Below, piece by piece: positions 50,949 to 61,293 of a stretch of DNA of 64,000 nucleotides. Position 1 is the first letter of the stretch. The number at the start of each line of letters is the position of its first letter. The DNA is from Candidatus Eiseniibacteriota bacterium (GTDB lineage: Bacteria > Eisenbacteria > RBG-16-71-46), in contig JBBRLX010000004.1 in NCBI GenBank assembly GCA_038231135.1, forward strand, positions 32,001-96,000. Direction: 5' to 3'. The notes beneath the pieces are model-generated. The model did not search any database and was not told the DNA's origin. It saw only the letters and a program-made list of their open reading frames with translations. The translations under genes and the position numbers were made by a program.

Positions 50949-52414
50949 ATGACGATCGTACCGACGCGCTCCGAGTTCCAGGCGCTGGCGAAGGGCGGCA
51001 AGCTCGTGCCCGTCTATCGCGAGGTGTTCGCCGACCACGACACGCCGGTGTCGGCGTTCCGCAAGATCGACGACGGCGGCTTCGGGTTCCTGCTCGAGAG
51101 CGTCGAGGGCGGCGAGAAGTGGGGCCGCTATTCGCTGCTCGGCAGCCGGCCGTCGCTGGTGTTCACGGCGCGCGGTGAGCGCTGCGAGATCAAGGACGCG
51201 AACGGCGTGACCCCGGGCACCCAGCCGCCGCTCGAAGAGCTGGCGCGGCTGCTCGCCGAGCATCAGGCGGTGGCGCTGCCCGGCCTGCCGCGATTCTGCG
51301 GCGGCGCGGTGGGATTCTTCGGCTACGACGCGGTGCGCTGGATCGAGCGGCTGCCGTCGCACGCCGGCGCCGACCTGGGGCTGCCCGACGCGGTGTTCAT
51401 GTTCGGCGACGTGGTGAGCGTGTTCGACAACCTCACCCACACCCTCAAGGTCGTCACGCACGCGCGCGGCGGCAAGGACCCCGACGCCGCGTACGATGCC
51501 GCGGTCGCGCGGCTCGAGGCCGAGGTCGCGCGGCTGCAGGCGCCGCTGGCGTGGACGCGCTCCCCGGCGGGCACCCCGCAGGCCGAGCCCGCGTCGTCGT
51601 CGTCGCACGACGACTATTGTTCCGCGGTCGAGCGCGCCAAGGAGCACATCCGCGCCGGCGACATCTTCCAGGTGGTGCTCAGCCATCGCATGAGCGCGCG
51701 CGTCACGCATCCCGCCTTCGAGGCGTATCGCGCGCTGCGGGTCACGAACCCGTCGCCCTATATGTACTTCCTGCGCCTCGACGGGTTCTCGCTGGTCGGC
51801 AGCTCGCCCGAGGTGCTGGTGCGGCGCACCGACGGCGTGGTCGAGGTGCGCCCGATCGCCGGCACGCGGCCGCGCGGGCGCAACACCGACGAGGATCGCG
51901 AGTTCGAGGACGAGCTGCTGGCGAGCGAAAAGGAGCGTGCCGAGCACGTGATGCTGGTCGACCTCGGTCGCAACGACGTCGGTCGCGTGGCGGAGTTCGG
52001 CACCGTCGAAACCAACGAGTACATGTCGGTCGAGCGCTACTCCCAGGTGATGCACCTCGTGTCGAACGTCCGCGGCCGCGGCAGGCCCGACCTGTCGGCG
52101 CTCGACGTGGTCCGGGCGTGCTTCCCCGCCGGGACCGTGTCGGGCGCCCCCAAGGTGCGGGCGATGGAAATCATCGACGCGCTGGAGCCGGTGCGGCGCG
52201 GGGTCTATGCCGGCGCGGTGGGGCACTTCGACTATCATGGCAACCTCGACCTGTGCATCGCGATCCGCACCCTGGTCTACGCGGACGGGCATGCGCACTG
52301 GGGGGTGGGAGCCGGCATCGTGGCCGACTCCGAGCCCGAACGGGAGTGGGAGGAGACGCTCAACAAGGGGCGTGCGCTGTGGCTCGCCGTCCAGCGGGCC
52401 GAGCGGGGGACCGA

Positions 52415-52418
<4 letters not shown>
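50949..52418 (+). CDS. trpE: Anthranilate synthase component I
   Basis: [45 protein letters not shown]. Confidence 0.95.
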
Positions 52419-53001
<583 letters not shown>

Positions 53002-53005
<4 letters not shown>

Positions 53006-54009
53006 TCCAGACGGCGATCGCACGGGCGGTGGTGGGCGAGGAGCTGTCGCGCGACGCGGCGCGGTCGAGCATGGAGCAGATCCTGTCGGGCGACGCCACG
53101 CCCGCCCAGATCGCGGCGCTGATCGTGGCGCTGCGCATGAAGGGCGAGACGCCGCAGGAGATCGCGGGCATGGCGGAGGCGTTGCGGTCGCGCGTCGAGC
53201 CGATCCGCACGCGCCGCGCGCCGCTCGTCGACACCTGCGGCACCGGCGGTGATTCCGCCGGCAGCTTCAACATCAGCACCTCGGCCGCGATCCTCGCCGC
53301 GGCGTGCGGCGTCACCGTCGCCAAGCACGGCAACCGCGCGGTCACGAGCCGCACCGGCAGCGCCGACGTGCTGGAGTCGCTGGGCGTGCGCATCGACCTC
53401 ACCCCGCTCGCCGCCGCGCACTCGCTCGACGTCCTTGGCATCACGTTCCTGTTCGCGCCCAATTATCACGCGGCGCTGCGCCATGCCGCATCGGTGCGGC
53501 GCGAGATCGGCGTGCGCACCGTGTTCAACATCCTGGGCCCGCTGTCGAACCCCGCGGGCGCGCGGCGCCAGTTGCTGGGCGTCTACTCCGACACGCTCGT
53601 GCGCCCGGTGGCTGAAGTGCTGCGGGAACTGGGCAGCGAGCACGCCTGGGTCGTGCACGGCCGCGACGGCCTCGACGAGCTCACGATCTACGACAGGACG
53701 CACGTCGCCGAGCTCAAGGACGGCGCGATCCGCGAATTCGAAGTCGACCCACAGGAATTCGGGCTGGCGGCCACGGATCGCAGCGGCATCGCCGGCGGCG
53801 ACCCGACCGCGAACGCCGCGGTGATCCGCTCGGTGTTTTCCGGCAAACCGGGACCGGCACGCGACGTCGTGGTGCTCAACACCGCGGCGGCGCTGATCGT
53901 CGCCGGGCTCGCCACCGACCTCGCCCAGGGCGTGAAGCGGGCGCAGCAGGCGATCGACGACGGCTCGGCCAGCGCCAAGCTCGCCGAGCTCGCGGCGTTC
54001 AGGGGGTGA
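53002..54009 (+). CDS. trpD: Anthranilate phosphoribosyltransferase
   Basis: [30 protein letters not shown]. Confidence 0.96.
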
Positions 54010-54845
54010 GCGTGACCCGAATCGATGGCGCGCGCGGGATCGCGGGTCCCGGCGACGTGCTTGCACGCATCGCGGCCGACCGGCGGCGGCGCGTCGACGC
54101 GCTCAAGCTCGAGACTCCCGAGTCGCGGTTGCGCGAACGGATCGAGGTTCACCCCGCAGGCCGGCTGGAGCGCGCGCTGCGGCGCGGTGGCTCGAGCGGC
54201 GCGATCAAGCTGCTGTGCGAGGTGAAGCGCGCGTCGCCGTCGCGGGGCGACCTCAACCCGAACGTCGATCCCGTCGACACCGCGGTGCTCTACGAGCAGG
54301 GCGGCGCAGCGGCCGTGTCGCTCGTCACCGAGCCCGATCACTTCAAGGGCGATCCAGCGTGGGTCAACGCCGTGCGCCCGCGCGTGAAGCTGCCGCTGCT
54401 GATGAAGGACTTTGTGGTCGACTCGTGGCAGATCCTCGACGCCGCCGCGCGCGGCGCCGACGCCGTGCTACTGCTGGCGTCGCTGCTGTCCACCATCGAG
54501 CTGCAGCGCTACCTCAACGAAGCCCGGCTGCTGGGGCTCGACGCGCTCGTCGAGGTGCACGACGCCACCGAGCTGCAGCACGCGCTCCAGGCGGGCGCCA
54601 CGCTGGTGGGCATCAACAACCGCGACCTGCGCACGTTCGAAGTGCGGCTCGAGACCTCGATCGAACTGCTGCCCGGCATCCCCCAGTGGGTCACGGCAGT
54701 CGCCGAGAGCGGGCTGTCGACTCCCGAGCACCTCGCGCGGCTGCGCACGACGCGCTGCGACGCGGTGCTGATCGGCGAAGCGTTCATGACCGGCGGCGAC
54801 CCCGCCGCCACCCTGTCGCGCCTGAGCGCCGCGGCGCGGGGGTAG
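54006..54845 (+). CDS. trpC: Indole-3-glycerol phosphate synthase
   Basis: EVKRASPS, KDF, LVEVH, GINNRDL, AESG, LIGE. Confidence 0.95.
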   Translation: MSVTRIDGARGIAGPGDVLARIAADRRRRVDALKLETPESRLRERIEVHPAGRLERALRRGGSSGAIKLLCEVKRASPSRGDLNPNVDPVDTAVLYEQGGAAAVSLVTEPDHFKGDPAWVNAVRPRVKLPLLMKDFVVDSWQILDAAARGADAVLLLASLLSTIELQRYLNEARLLGLDALVEVHDATELQHALQAGATLVGINNRDLRTFEVRLETSIELLPGIPQWVTAVAESGLSTPEHLARLRTTRCDAVLIGEAFMTGGDPAATLSRLSAAARG

Positions 54846-54855
54846 GGAGGATGCC

Positions 54856-55494
54856 GTGGCGGCGCACACGATCATCAAGGTCTGTGGCATCACCCGGCTC
54901 GCCGACGCCCGCGCCGCCCACGAGGCCGGCGCCGACTGGCTCGGCATGGTGGTGCTCGGCGACAGCCCGCGCCTCATCACCGCCGACACCGCCCGCGAGA
55001 TCACGGCCGCGCTCGACGGCGTCGTGACCGTCGCGGTGATGGTGGCGCCGACGCCCGAGCAGGCGCTCGACCTGGCGCGGCGCGCCGGCGTGGGCCGCGT
55101 CCAGTTGCACCGCGTCGATCCGCTGCGGTGGCCGAGTGACTTTCCGCTGCCCGTGAGCTTCGCGGTGAGCGTGGCCGCCGACGGCTCGCTGACGACGGCA
55201 CTGCCGCCGCCCGGCCATCTCGTGCTGCTCGACACCGCCCATCCCACGCGGGCGGGCGGCAGCGGCGCCACGTTCCCGTGGGTCACGGCGCGCATCGTCG
55301 CCGGCACGCGCGACGTGATGCTGGCGGGCGGGCTCGGGCCCGCCAATGTGGCCGCGGCGATCGATGCCGCGCGGCCGTTCGGCGTGGACGCCTCGTCGGG
55401 CCTGGAATCCGAGCCCGGCATCAAGGACGCGGCTCGCGTGCGGGCATTCGTGGCCGCCGCCCGCGCGGCCGGCCTGGACCCGGAGGGGACGTGA
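54856..55494 (+). CDS. trpF: Phosphoribosylanthranilate isomerase
   Basis: [35 protein letters not shown]. Confidence 0.93.
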   Translation: MAAHTIIKVCGITRLADARAAHEAGADWLGMVVLGDSPRLITADTAREITAALDGVVTVAVMVAPTPEQALDLARRAGVGRVQLHRVDPLRWPSDFPLPVSFAVSVAADGSLTTALPPPGHLVLLDTAHPTRAGGSGATFPWVTARIVAGTRDVMLAGGLGPANVAAAIDAARPFGVDASSGLESEPGIKDAARVRAFVAAARAAGLDPEGT

Positions 55495-56771
55495 GCGCGT
55501 ACGAATCGCAGCGAGGACCCGCCGGCACCGACGATCCCAGCGCCGCGAGCCCGGCGACGGGCGGCGTTGCCGGCGGTGCCGTGCCCGGTTCCGGGCCCGA
55601 CGCCACCGGGCATTTCGGCCCCTACGGCGGACGGTTTGTTCCCGAGACGCTGATCCAGGCCCTCGACGAGCTCGAGAGCGAATACGCCCGGGCGCGTTCC
55701 GATCCCGAGTTCGAACGCGAGCTGGCCGAATCGCTGCGCGGCTTCGCGGGGCGCCCCACGCCACTGATCGAGGCGCCGCGCTTCTCGGCCGCCGCCGGCT
55801 GCCGCGTGTTCCTCAAGCGCGAAGACCTGCTCCACACCGGCGCCCACAAGATCAACAACACCATCGGCCAGTGCCTGCTCGCGAAGCGCATGGGCAAGCC
55901 GCGCGTGATCGCCGAGACCGGCGCCGGGCAGCACGGCGTCGCGACCGCCGCCGCCGCCGCGCGGCTGGGGCTCGAGTGCACCGTCTACATGGGCGTCGAG
56001 GACGCGCGCCGCCAGCGGCTCAACGTCGAGCGCATGAACCTGCTCGGCGCGGAAGTGCGCGAGGTCGACGCCGGCAGCCGCACGCTGAAGGACGCGATCA
56101 ACGAGGCGCTGCGCGACTGGGTCACGCGCGTGCGCGACACCCACTACGTGCTGGGCTCGGTGCTGGGTCCGCATCCGTTCCCGATGATCGTGCGCGACTT
56201 CCATCGCGTGATCGGCATCGAAGCCCGCGCCCAGTTCGCGGCCCAGGCGGGCGGCCTGCCGGACGTGCTCGTCGCATGCGTCGGCGGAGGCAGCAACGCG
56301 ATCGGCTTGTTCCACGCGTTCCTCGGCGATGCGTCGGTACGCAAGGTGGGGGTGGAGGCCGCGGGCGAAGGCCTCGCGAGCGGCCGCCACGCCGCGCGCA
56401 TGCCCGAGCACTCGGTCGGCGTGCTTCACGGCACGCGCACGCTCGTGCTGCAGGACGCGCGCGGCATGATTCGCGAAACGCATTCGGTGTCCGCGGGCCT
56501 CGACTATCCCGCGCTCGGCCCCGAACACGCGTGGCTCGCCGATCAGGGCTTCACGGAATATTCGTCCGCCACCGACGCCGAGGCGCTCGCGGCGTTCCAG
56601 GCGCTCGCGCGGCTCGAAGGCATTCTGCCCGCGCTCGAGAGCTCGCACGCGCTGGCGTGGGTGCTGCGGGAGGGCCGGTCGCTCGGTCCCGACCGGCGCG
56701 TGCTCGTGAACCTGTCGGGCCGCGGCGACAAGGACGTGAACGAGGTGCTGCGCGTGCTGGGCCGGGGGTGA
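55491..56771 (+). CDS. trpB: Tryptophan synthase beta chain (TrpB1)
   Basis: [47 protein letters not shown]. Confidence 0.97.
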   Translation: MSAYESQRGPAGTDDPSAASPATGGVAGGAVPGSGPDATGHFGPYGGRFVPETLIQALDELESEYARARSDPEFERELAESLRGFAGRPTPLIEAPRFSAAAGCRVFLKREDLLHTGAHKINNTIGQCLLAKRMGKPRVIAETGAGQHGVATAAAAARLGLECTVYMGVEDARRQRLNVERMNLLGAEVREVDAGSRTLKDAINEALRDWVTRVRDTHYVLGSVLGPHPFPMIVRDFHRVIGIEARAQFAAQAGGLPDVLVACVGGGSNAIGLFHAFLGDASVRKVGVEAAGEGLASGRHAARMPEHSVGVLHGTRTLVLQDARGMIRETHSVSAGLDYPALGPEHAWLADQGFTEYSSATDAEALAAFQALARLEGILPALESSHALAWVLREGRSLGPDRRVLVNLSGRGDKDVNEVLRVLGRG

Positions 56772-56812
56772 AGCGCGCCGGCCTGCGCTCATGGCGGTGG
56801 TGCCGGTCCCTG

Positions 56813-56821
56813 TGCTATAAA
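56813..56821 (+). promoter_or_regulatory. Extended -10 promoter for tRNA-Arg
   Basis: TG-N-TATAAA ending 11 nt before the tRNA. Confidence 0.6.
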
Positions 56822-56832
56822 CGATGCCCGCT

Positions 56833-56909
56833 GCGCCCGTAGCTCAATTGGATAGAGCGTTAGCCTCCGGAGCTAAAGGTTACAGGTTCGATTCCTGTCG
56901 GGCGCACCA
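56833..56909 (+). tRNA. tRNA-Arg(CCG)
   Basis: GCGCCCG/CGGGCGC acceptor stem, anticodon arm TTAGC-CTCCGGA-GCTAA, GGTTCGATTCC T-arm, encoded CCA. Confidence 0.96.
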
Positions 56910-56942
56910 CCACCGAGGCTACTTCACTGCAAGCAACTCCTT

Positions 56943-56980
56943 GCCGCCTCAACCGCTTAGCTGCGGTTGGGGCGGTTTTG
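56943..56980 (+). terminator. Intrinsic terminator after tRNA-Arg
   Basis: GCCGCCTCAACCGC / GCGGTTGGGGCGGT stem followed by T residues. Confidence 0.7.
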
Positions 56981-56990
56981 CTTGGGAGGC

Positions 56991-57058
56991 AATCAGGGAG
57001 CGATAGGGAGTCACAGGGAGCGGTAGAGAGGCGCGAAACGGTAGCAATTCGGTAGCAA
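56991..57058. repeat. Short direct repeats downstream of tRNA-Arg
   Basis: AGGGAG x3 (plus AGAGAG) at 10-nt period, then CGGTAGCAA-tt-CGGTAGCAA at 57039-57058. Confidence 0.8.
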
Positions 57059-57211
57059 CACCGTTCCCGCCTGAACGCTTCGACGGGAACGCTTGAGGGG
57101 CTGGGCTTGACCCAATCTCGTGGACATTTTCCGAAGGTGGCATACGATGTCCAGCAAGACCAAGAGCGGTAGTCGCCACCCGCGGCGAGTCGTTCCAAGC
57201 ATGGAGACCCA

Positions 57212-58333
57212 GTGACCGATCCCAATAGTGACGTGATCCCTCTTACCGAGCGTGATGATACCGACAAGAGCCTGCGCGATGAGCGTGAGAAGGCCGACGA
57301 TCATCTCGCGAAGCGCGCGGCGGTCATCGAAAAGACTGCGGATCACGTCGTCGAAGTCGCCCGGGAGCGAGCGGACGACGTCCTGGAGGTTGCACGCGAG
57401 AAGGTGGACGAGACGGCCAGGCAGGCAAACGCACCCGCGAAGGTCTCCGAGTCCCTATCGAGCACGCGAGCGTCCGAAGACAGCGCAATAGCAGGCAAGC
57501 GGGCGGCAGCCGATGCCCAGCTCGAAAAGGAACGCGTCCGGCAGCGGCTCGAGATATCACGCCTGTTGAAGTTCGAGCGCGAGGTAACCGACGAACGTCT
57601 GCTCGTCGAGCGGGCGCACTCCGACCGCGCCGTGGCCTCCCGCGACGATTTCCTCGCGGTCGTGAGCCACGACGCGCGCGATATTCTGGCAGGAATTGCG
57701 ATGAGCGCCGAGATCCTGCTGAGAATGCCTGCCGAAAGCGCCGCCGGAGAGACCGCCCGCCTCGAGGCTCAGCGCATCCGCAGACTCACCGCGCGGATGA
57801 ATCGCCTCATCGGAGATCTGCTGGACATCGTGAGCATGGAGTCGGGGAACCTCCAGGTCGACGCGCGTCAGGAAGACGCCTCGCAGCTGGTGACCGAGAC
57901 GATGGAGAGTTTTCAACCTACTGCGACCGCACAGAACATTGTCATGACTTGTGATGTTGCGGAGGGCCAGGTTTTCGCGGACTTCGATCACGATCGGATC
58001 CTCCAGGTGCTCGCCAACCTTGTCGGGAACTCGCTGAAGTTCACGGAGCCGGGAGGGACCATTGCGATTGTTCTCGCCCGCTTGGACGACCGTCTCGAGT
58101 TCACGGTGCGCGACAGCGGCCGCGGAATCGATCCCAAGAACATCGACACAATCTTCGAGCGCTTTTCACAGGTGGCGCAGATTGATCGCCGCGGTCTGGG
58201 ACTCGGACTGTACATCGCACGCTGCATCATCGAGGCGCACGGCGGAAAGATCTGGGCGGAAAGCGAAATCGGCAGAGGCAGTGCATTCCATTTCACACTT
58301 CCGGTGAGTCGCCCCGCATCGATGGACGCCTGA
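57212..58333 (+). CDS. Cytoplasmic orphan histidine kinase (coiled coil, HisKA, HATPase)
   Basis: FLAVVSHD, NLVGNSLKFT, DSGRGI, GLGLGLYI, HGG.IW; no TM segment; no adjacent response regulator. Confidence 0.9.
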   Translation: MTDPNSDVIPLTERDDTDKSLRDEREKADDHLAKRAAVIEKTADHVVEVARERADDVLEVAREKVDETARQANAPAKVSESLSSTRASEDSAIAGKRAAADAQLEKERVRQRLEISRLLKFEREVTDERLLVERAHSDRAVASRDDFLAVVSHDARDILAGIAMSAEILLRMPAESAAGETARLEAQRIRRLTARMNRLIGDLLDIVSMESGNLQVDARQEDASQLVTETMESFQPTATAQNIVMTCDVAEGQVFADFDHDRILQVLANLVGNSLKFTEPGGTIAIVLARLDDRLEFTVRDSGRGIDPKNIDTIFERFSQVAQIDRRGLGLGLYIARCIIEAHGGKIWAESEIGRGSAFHFTLPVSRPASMDA

Positions 58334-58470
58334 TGCTCCGCGGTCGCGTCGAGCCCGATGGGTTGCGGCGCCAGTCCGTTTGGGGGTGAGCCGGAACCGC
58401 CGGGATCTGGCGAGCGGCGGTTTCACGTTCATCAGCTACGGCATTACATTCACGTGCCGATTCTCAACAA

Positions 58471-60885
58471 TCACTCCGAGAGCACCACGATTCTTCGCGA
58501 GCTGGACTGCCGATCGACCGCGAGGCGAAGCCAGTAGACGCCGGCCTGGAGATGGCGGCTCTGGAGCACGATCTCGTGGTGCCCCGCAGCCAGCACGTGC
58601 CCCTCGAGAACCCACCGCACGCGACGTCCGGTGACGTCGAGCATCTCGAGGGAGGCTCGCGAATCTCGTGGCAGATCGAAGCTCACTCGTGTGGATGCGG
58701 TGAACGGATTCGGCGTGGCCGCACCGAGCTCGAGCCCTTCGGGCATCCGCCCAGGCGACACCGCGGCGATGGGCGGCCCATCATCATTGATGGCGGCTAG
58801 ATAGGAGTGCCTGTCGCCGGAGACCGACGTGAACTCGCCTCCGACATAGATGGTCCTGCCCGCCGCAGCCAGAGCGAAGACTGCTCTGTCGACATCCGGG
58901 TGCCATGGAGTTGGAATGGCTTGTGACACGTCGATTGCGGCGAGCCGGTTCCGGGGCTGGCCAGCGACGGACGTAAAGTTTCCCCCCGCATACAGCCTGC
59001 CGTTCGACCAGGCGAGGCATGAAGCGTAGCCGGTGATCACACTCCATGGCAGGATGTCGCCCGTCGCCAGACTCATGGACTGGATGTTCTGAAACGTCGC
59101 GATATAGAGGCTGGAGTCACCCGGGCACAGCGCATACCCTTCCACGGAGGAGGCCTTCAGCACCCTGCCGGTCGCGGATTCGAGCATGACGAATTTCTGC
59201 CCAAGAGAGTCGAACCGCCCCGTAACGAATAGTCGTCCTCCTGATTCCAAGAGGGCATTGACGTAACCCATGTTGAATTGGGTGTTCCGGGTCCACAACT
59301 CGGATCCGTCGTTGGGATCGACCGCCATGATGCTTACGTTAGGAAATGGTGAATGAGAAGTGCCCAGGAACAACCGCTGCTGTGATCCTCCAGCCGCAAC
59401 AGCGACCGCAGCCGGTCCGATCGGATACCGGTGAACCACGGCGCCCGTGACGGAGTCGAAACTTGCGGCGCCGTAGTACTCCATTGCCGCATGCACCACC
59501 CCGGCGCTCACCGTGATGGCGCCCACGGGGTCCGCGTTCGCCGGGTTCCAGGATGTGACGCGATCGGAGGCGAGATCGATCGCGGCCAATTGCGATCGTG
59601 CTTCTCCGCCCACACTTAGGAACGCGCCCCCCAGGTAGACCGGGCCGCCCCCCGACGTTGCGATGGCGCGGACGGCACCATCCACGCGCGGAGACCAGTC
59701 CGCGACGGCGCCGATGGTGGTGTCGAGCACTGCGACGCGGTAACGCGTGAGATAGTTGATGTGTGTGAAGTCGCCACCGATGAAAACCTGCGCCCCGCTC
59801 ACGACAATCGTTCGAATGGTGGCATCCACGGCACAGCAGGCATGCAGGGTGCCGTCGGAGAATTCGCAATCGATCGTGGCGGCCCAGGGCACGGCCTGAT
59901 ACCAGCGGGTGCTGAGCGCCGCGAGGCGGACACGTCGCTGTCCACCGGCGGTCATGAACTCGCCGCCGAGATACACCTTGCCCCCGCTGACGGCGACGGC
60001 GTGCACGATGCCATCACAGGTTCCGTTCCACGGAGTGATCACGCCGGTCCCCGCGTCGATTGCCACGATATAGCGCCGCGTGATTCCCGATGCGTGGGTG
60101 AACTCGCCGCCGGCGTAGACGACCCCATCCGCAGCCGCCACGCCGAGAACCCGGCCGTCAGGATCGGGGTTCCAGCCTCCGACCGCAGCTGTGACTTCGT
60201 CCACCTCCGCGAGGTTGCGTCTCGCGACGCCGTTCACCGATTGGAACGAGCCGCCGAGATAGACTCTGCCACCCGTGGCGACCAACGCATGCACCGTGCT
60301 GTCGACCTCGATATGCCACGCTTGCGGCCGTCCGGTGGCCGCGCTCAGCGCCGCCACGTGACTCCGCGCGAAGCCTCCGATGCGGGTGAATTCCCCGCCG
60401 GCGTAGACCGTCTGCCCGTCGATCGCGAGCGCGTGTACGGGCGCATTGCTGCCGGGATCCCACAACGACACGTTGAGATTGGCATTGATGTGAGCGAGGT
60501 TGGACCGGGGTTCGGGGCCCACCCGATCGAACGCGCCGCCAATGAACCACCCGCCGTAGCCGTCCGGCACCACCGCGTCGATCGTCCCATGCACCTCGGG
60601 GTAGGACCCTGCGGGCATGCCGCTGACGGCATCGACGGGAACTCCCGATCCGGTGGGCGGACCGATCAGTTTGAAGTCACCACCGACGTAGAGTGTCGAC
60701 CCCGACACATGGAGCGCCCGGACAGGACCGTCGGTGACGGGGAATCGTGCGTGCGCAGACTGCCCCCACGCGACTGTTGCCGAAACGAGCAACAGCACGC
60801 TGAAGAACGGGACAACACATGCTCTCGGCAGCGGGCAGTTTCCGCAAGCTTCGAAGGTGCCAGGAGGGAGGTAGTCACGGTTCAC
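58471..60885 (-). CDS. Secreted beta-propeller-repeat protein with FlgD-Ig-like C-terminal domain
   Basis: AAGGA RBS before GTG 60885; hydrophobic leader; about 10 repeats of V.AL...G..[VL]Y.GG.F....G..R..LAA.D..TG; TPNPF...DVTGRRVR...AGVYW. Confidence 0.8.
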   Translation of the reverse strand: MNRDYLPPGTFEACGNCPLPRACVVPFFSVLLLVSATVAWGQSAHARFPVTDGPVRALHVSGSTLYVGGDFKLIGPPTGSGVPVDAVSGMPAGSYPEVHGTIDAVVPDGYGGWFIGGAFDRVGPEPRSNLAHINANLNVSLWDPGSNAPVHALAIDGQTVYAGGEFTRIGGFARSHVAALSAATGRPQAWHIEVDSTVHALVATGGRVYLGGSFQSVNGVARRNLAEVDEVTAAVGGWNPDPDGRVLGVAAADGVVYAGGEFTHASGITRRYIVAIDAGTGVITPWNGTCDGIVHAVAVSGGKVYLGGEFMTAGGQRRVRLAALSTRWYQAVPWAATIDCEFSDGTLHACCAVDATIRTIVVSGAQVFIGGDFTHINYLTRYRVAVLDTTIGAVADWSPRVDGAVRAIATSGGGPVYLGGAFLSVGGEARSQLAAIDLASDRVTSWNPANADPVGAITVSAGVVHAAMEYYGAASFDSVTGAVVHRYPIGPAAVAVAAGGSQQRLFLGTSHSPFPNVSIMAVDPNDGSELWTRNTQFNMGYVNALLESGGRLFVTGRFDSLGQKFVMLESATGRVLKASSVEGYALCPGDSSLYIATFQNIQSMSLATGDILPWSVITGYASCLAWSNGRLYAGGNFTSVAGQPRNRLAAIDVSQAIPTPWHPDVDRAVFALAAAGRTIYVGGEFTSVSGDRHSYLAAINDDGPPIAAVSPGRMPEGLELGAATPNPFTASTRVSFDLPRDSRASLEMLDVTGRRVRWVLEGHVLAAGHHEIVLQSRHLQAGVYWLRLAVDRQSSSRRIVVLSE

Positions 60886-60916
60886 GGTGGATTCCTTTGG
60901 TGGGGCTTCCACCCAG

Positions 60917-60931
60917 GCACCAGACGTGCCA
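60917..60931 (-). promoter_or_regulatory. Sigma54 (-24/-12) promoter
   Basis: TGGCAC-GTCTG-GTGC on the minus strand, about 32 nt upstream of the 60885 start. Confidence 0.6.
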
Positions 60932-61293
60932 TCTGGAACGACCCTCATACGGTGAACGTTTCGCGGGGTTTGCCGCCCAGGCCCAATGGCTGCGTGATGC
61001 GAATTGCATGTCGCCGTGCAGGATGACAGCGCAGGGGTATGGCGTCTTGAATGGCGTCGGCCTGGTGCATACAACATTGTCGGCACCGACCGAACGGCGG
61101 GGTCCGACCACCAATAGTCCGTGACGTCAGCCCCCCCCGCGAAGTAACATCTGACCACGCGCCCGCCACGCGATGGATGCCAACACGGCTTTGGGGGCGT
61201 GGCCGCGCGGGATGCCTGCGCGCTTCCTTCCCGGGTCCGTCGCACCGATCCACCGGCATTCGCCTGATCGAGAGCCGGAGCGAGGAGGCCGCA

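Noticed and set aside
60955..60980. GGCAAACCCCGCGAAA on the minus strand, resembling a c-di-GMP-I riboswitch 5' half
   Set aside because: The complementary P2 strand and the GCAAAG/P3 portion are absent.
61199..61217. TGGCCG...ATGC sigma54-like site before the 61294 gene
   Set aside because: GG-to-GC spacing is 11 nt rather than the required 10.
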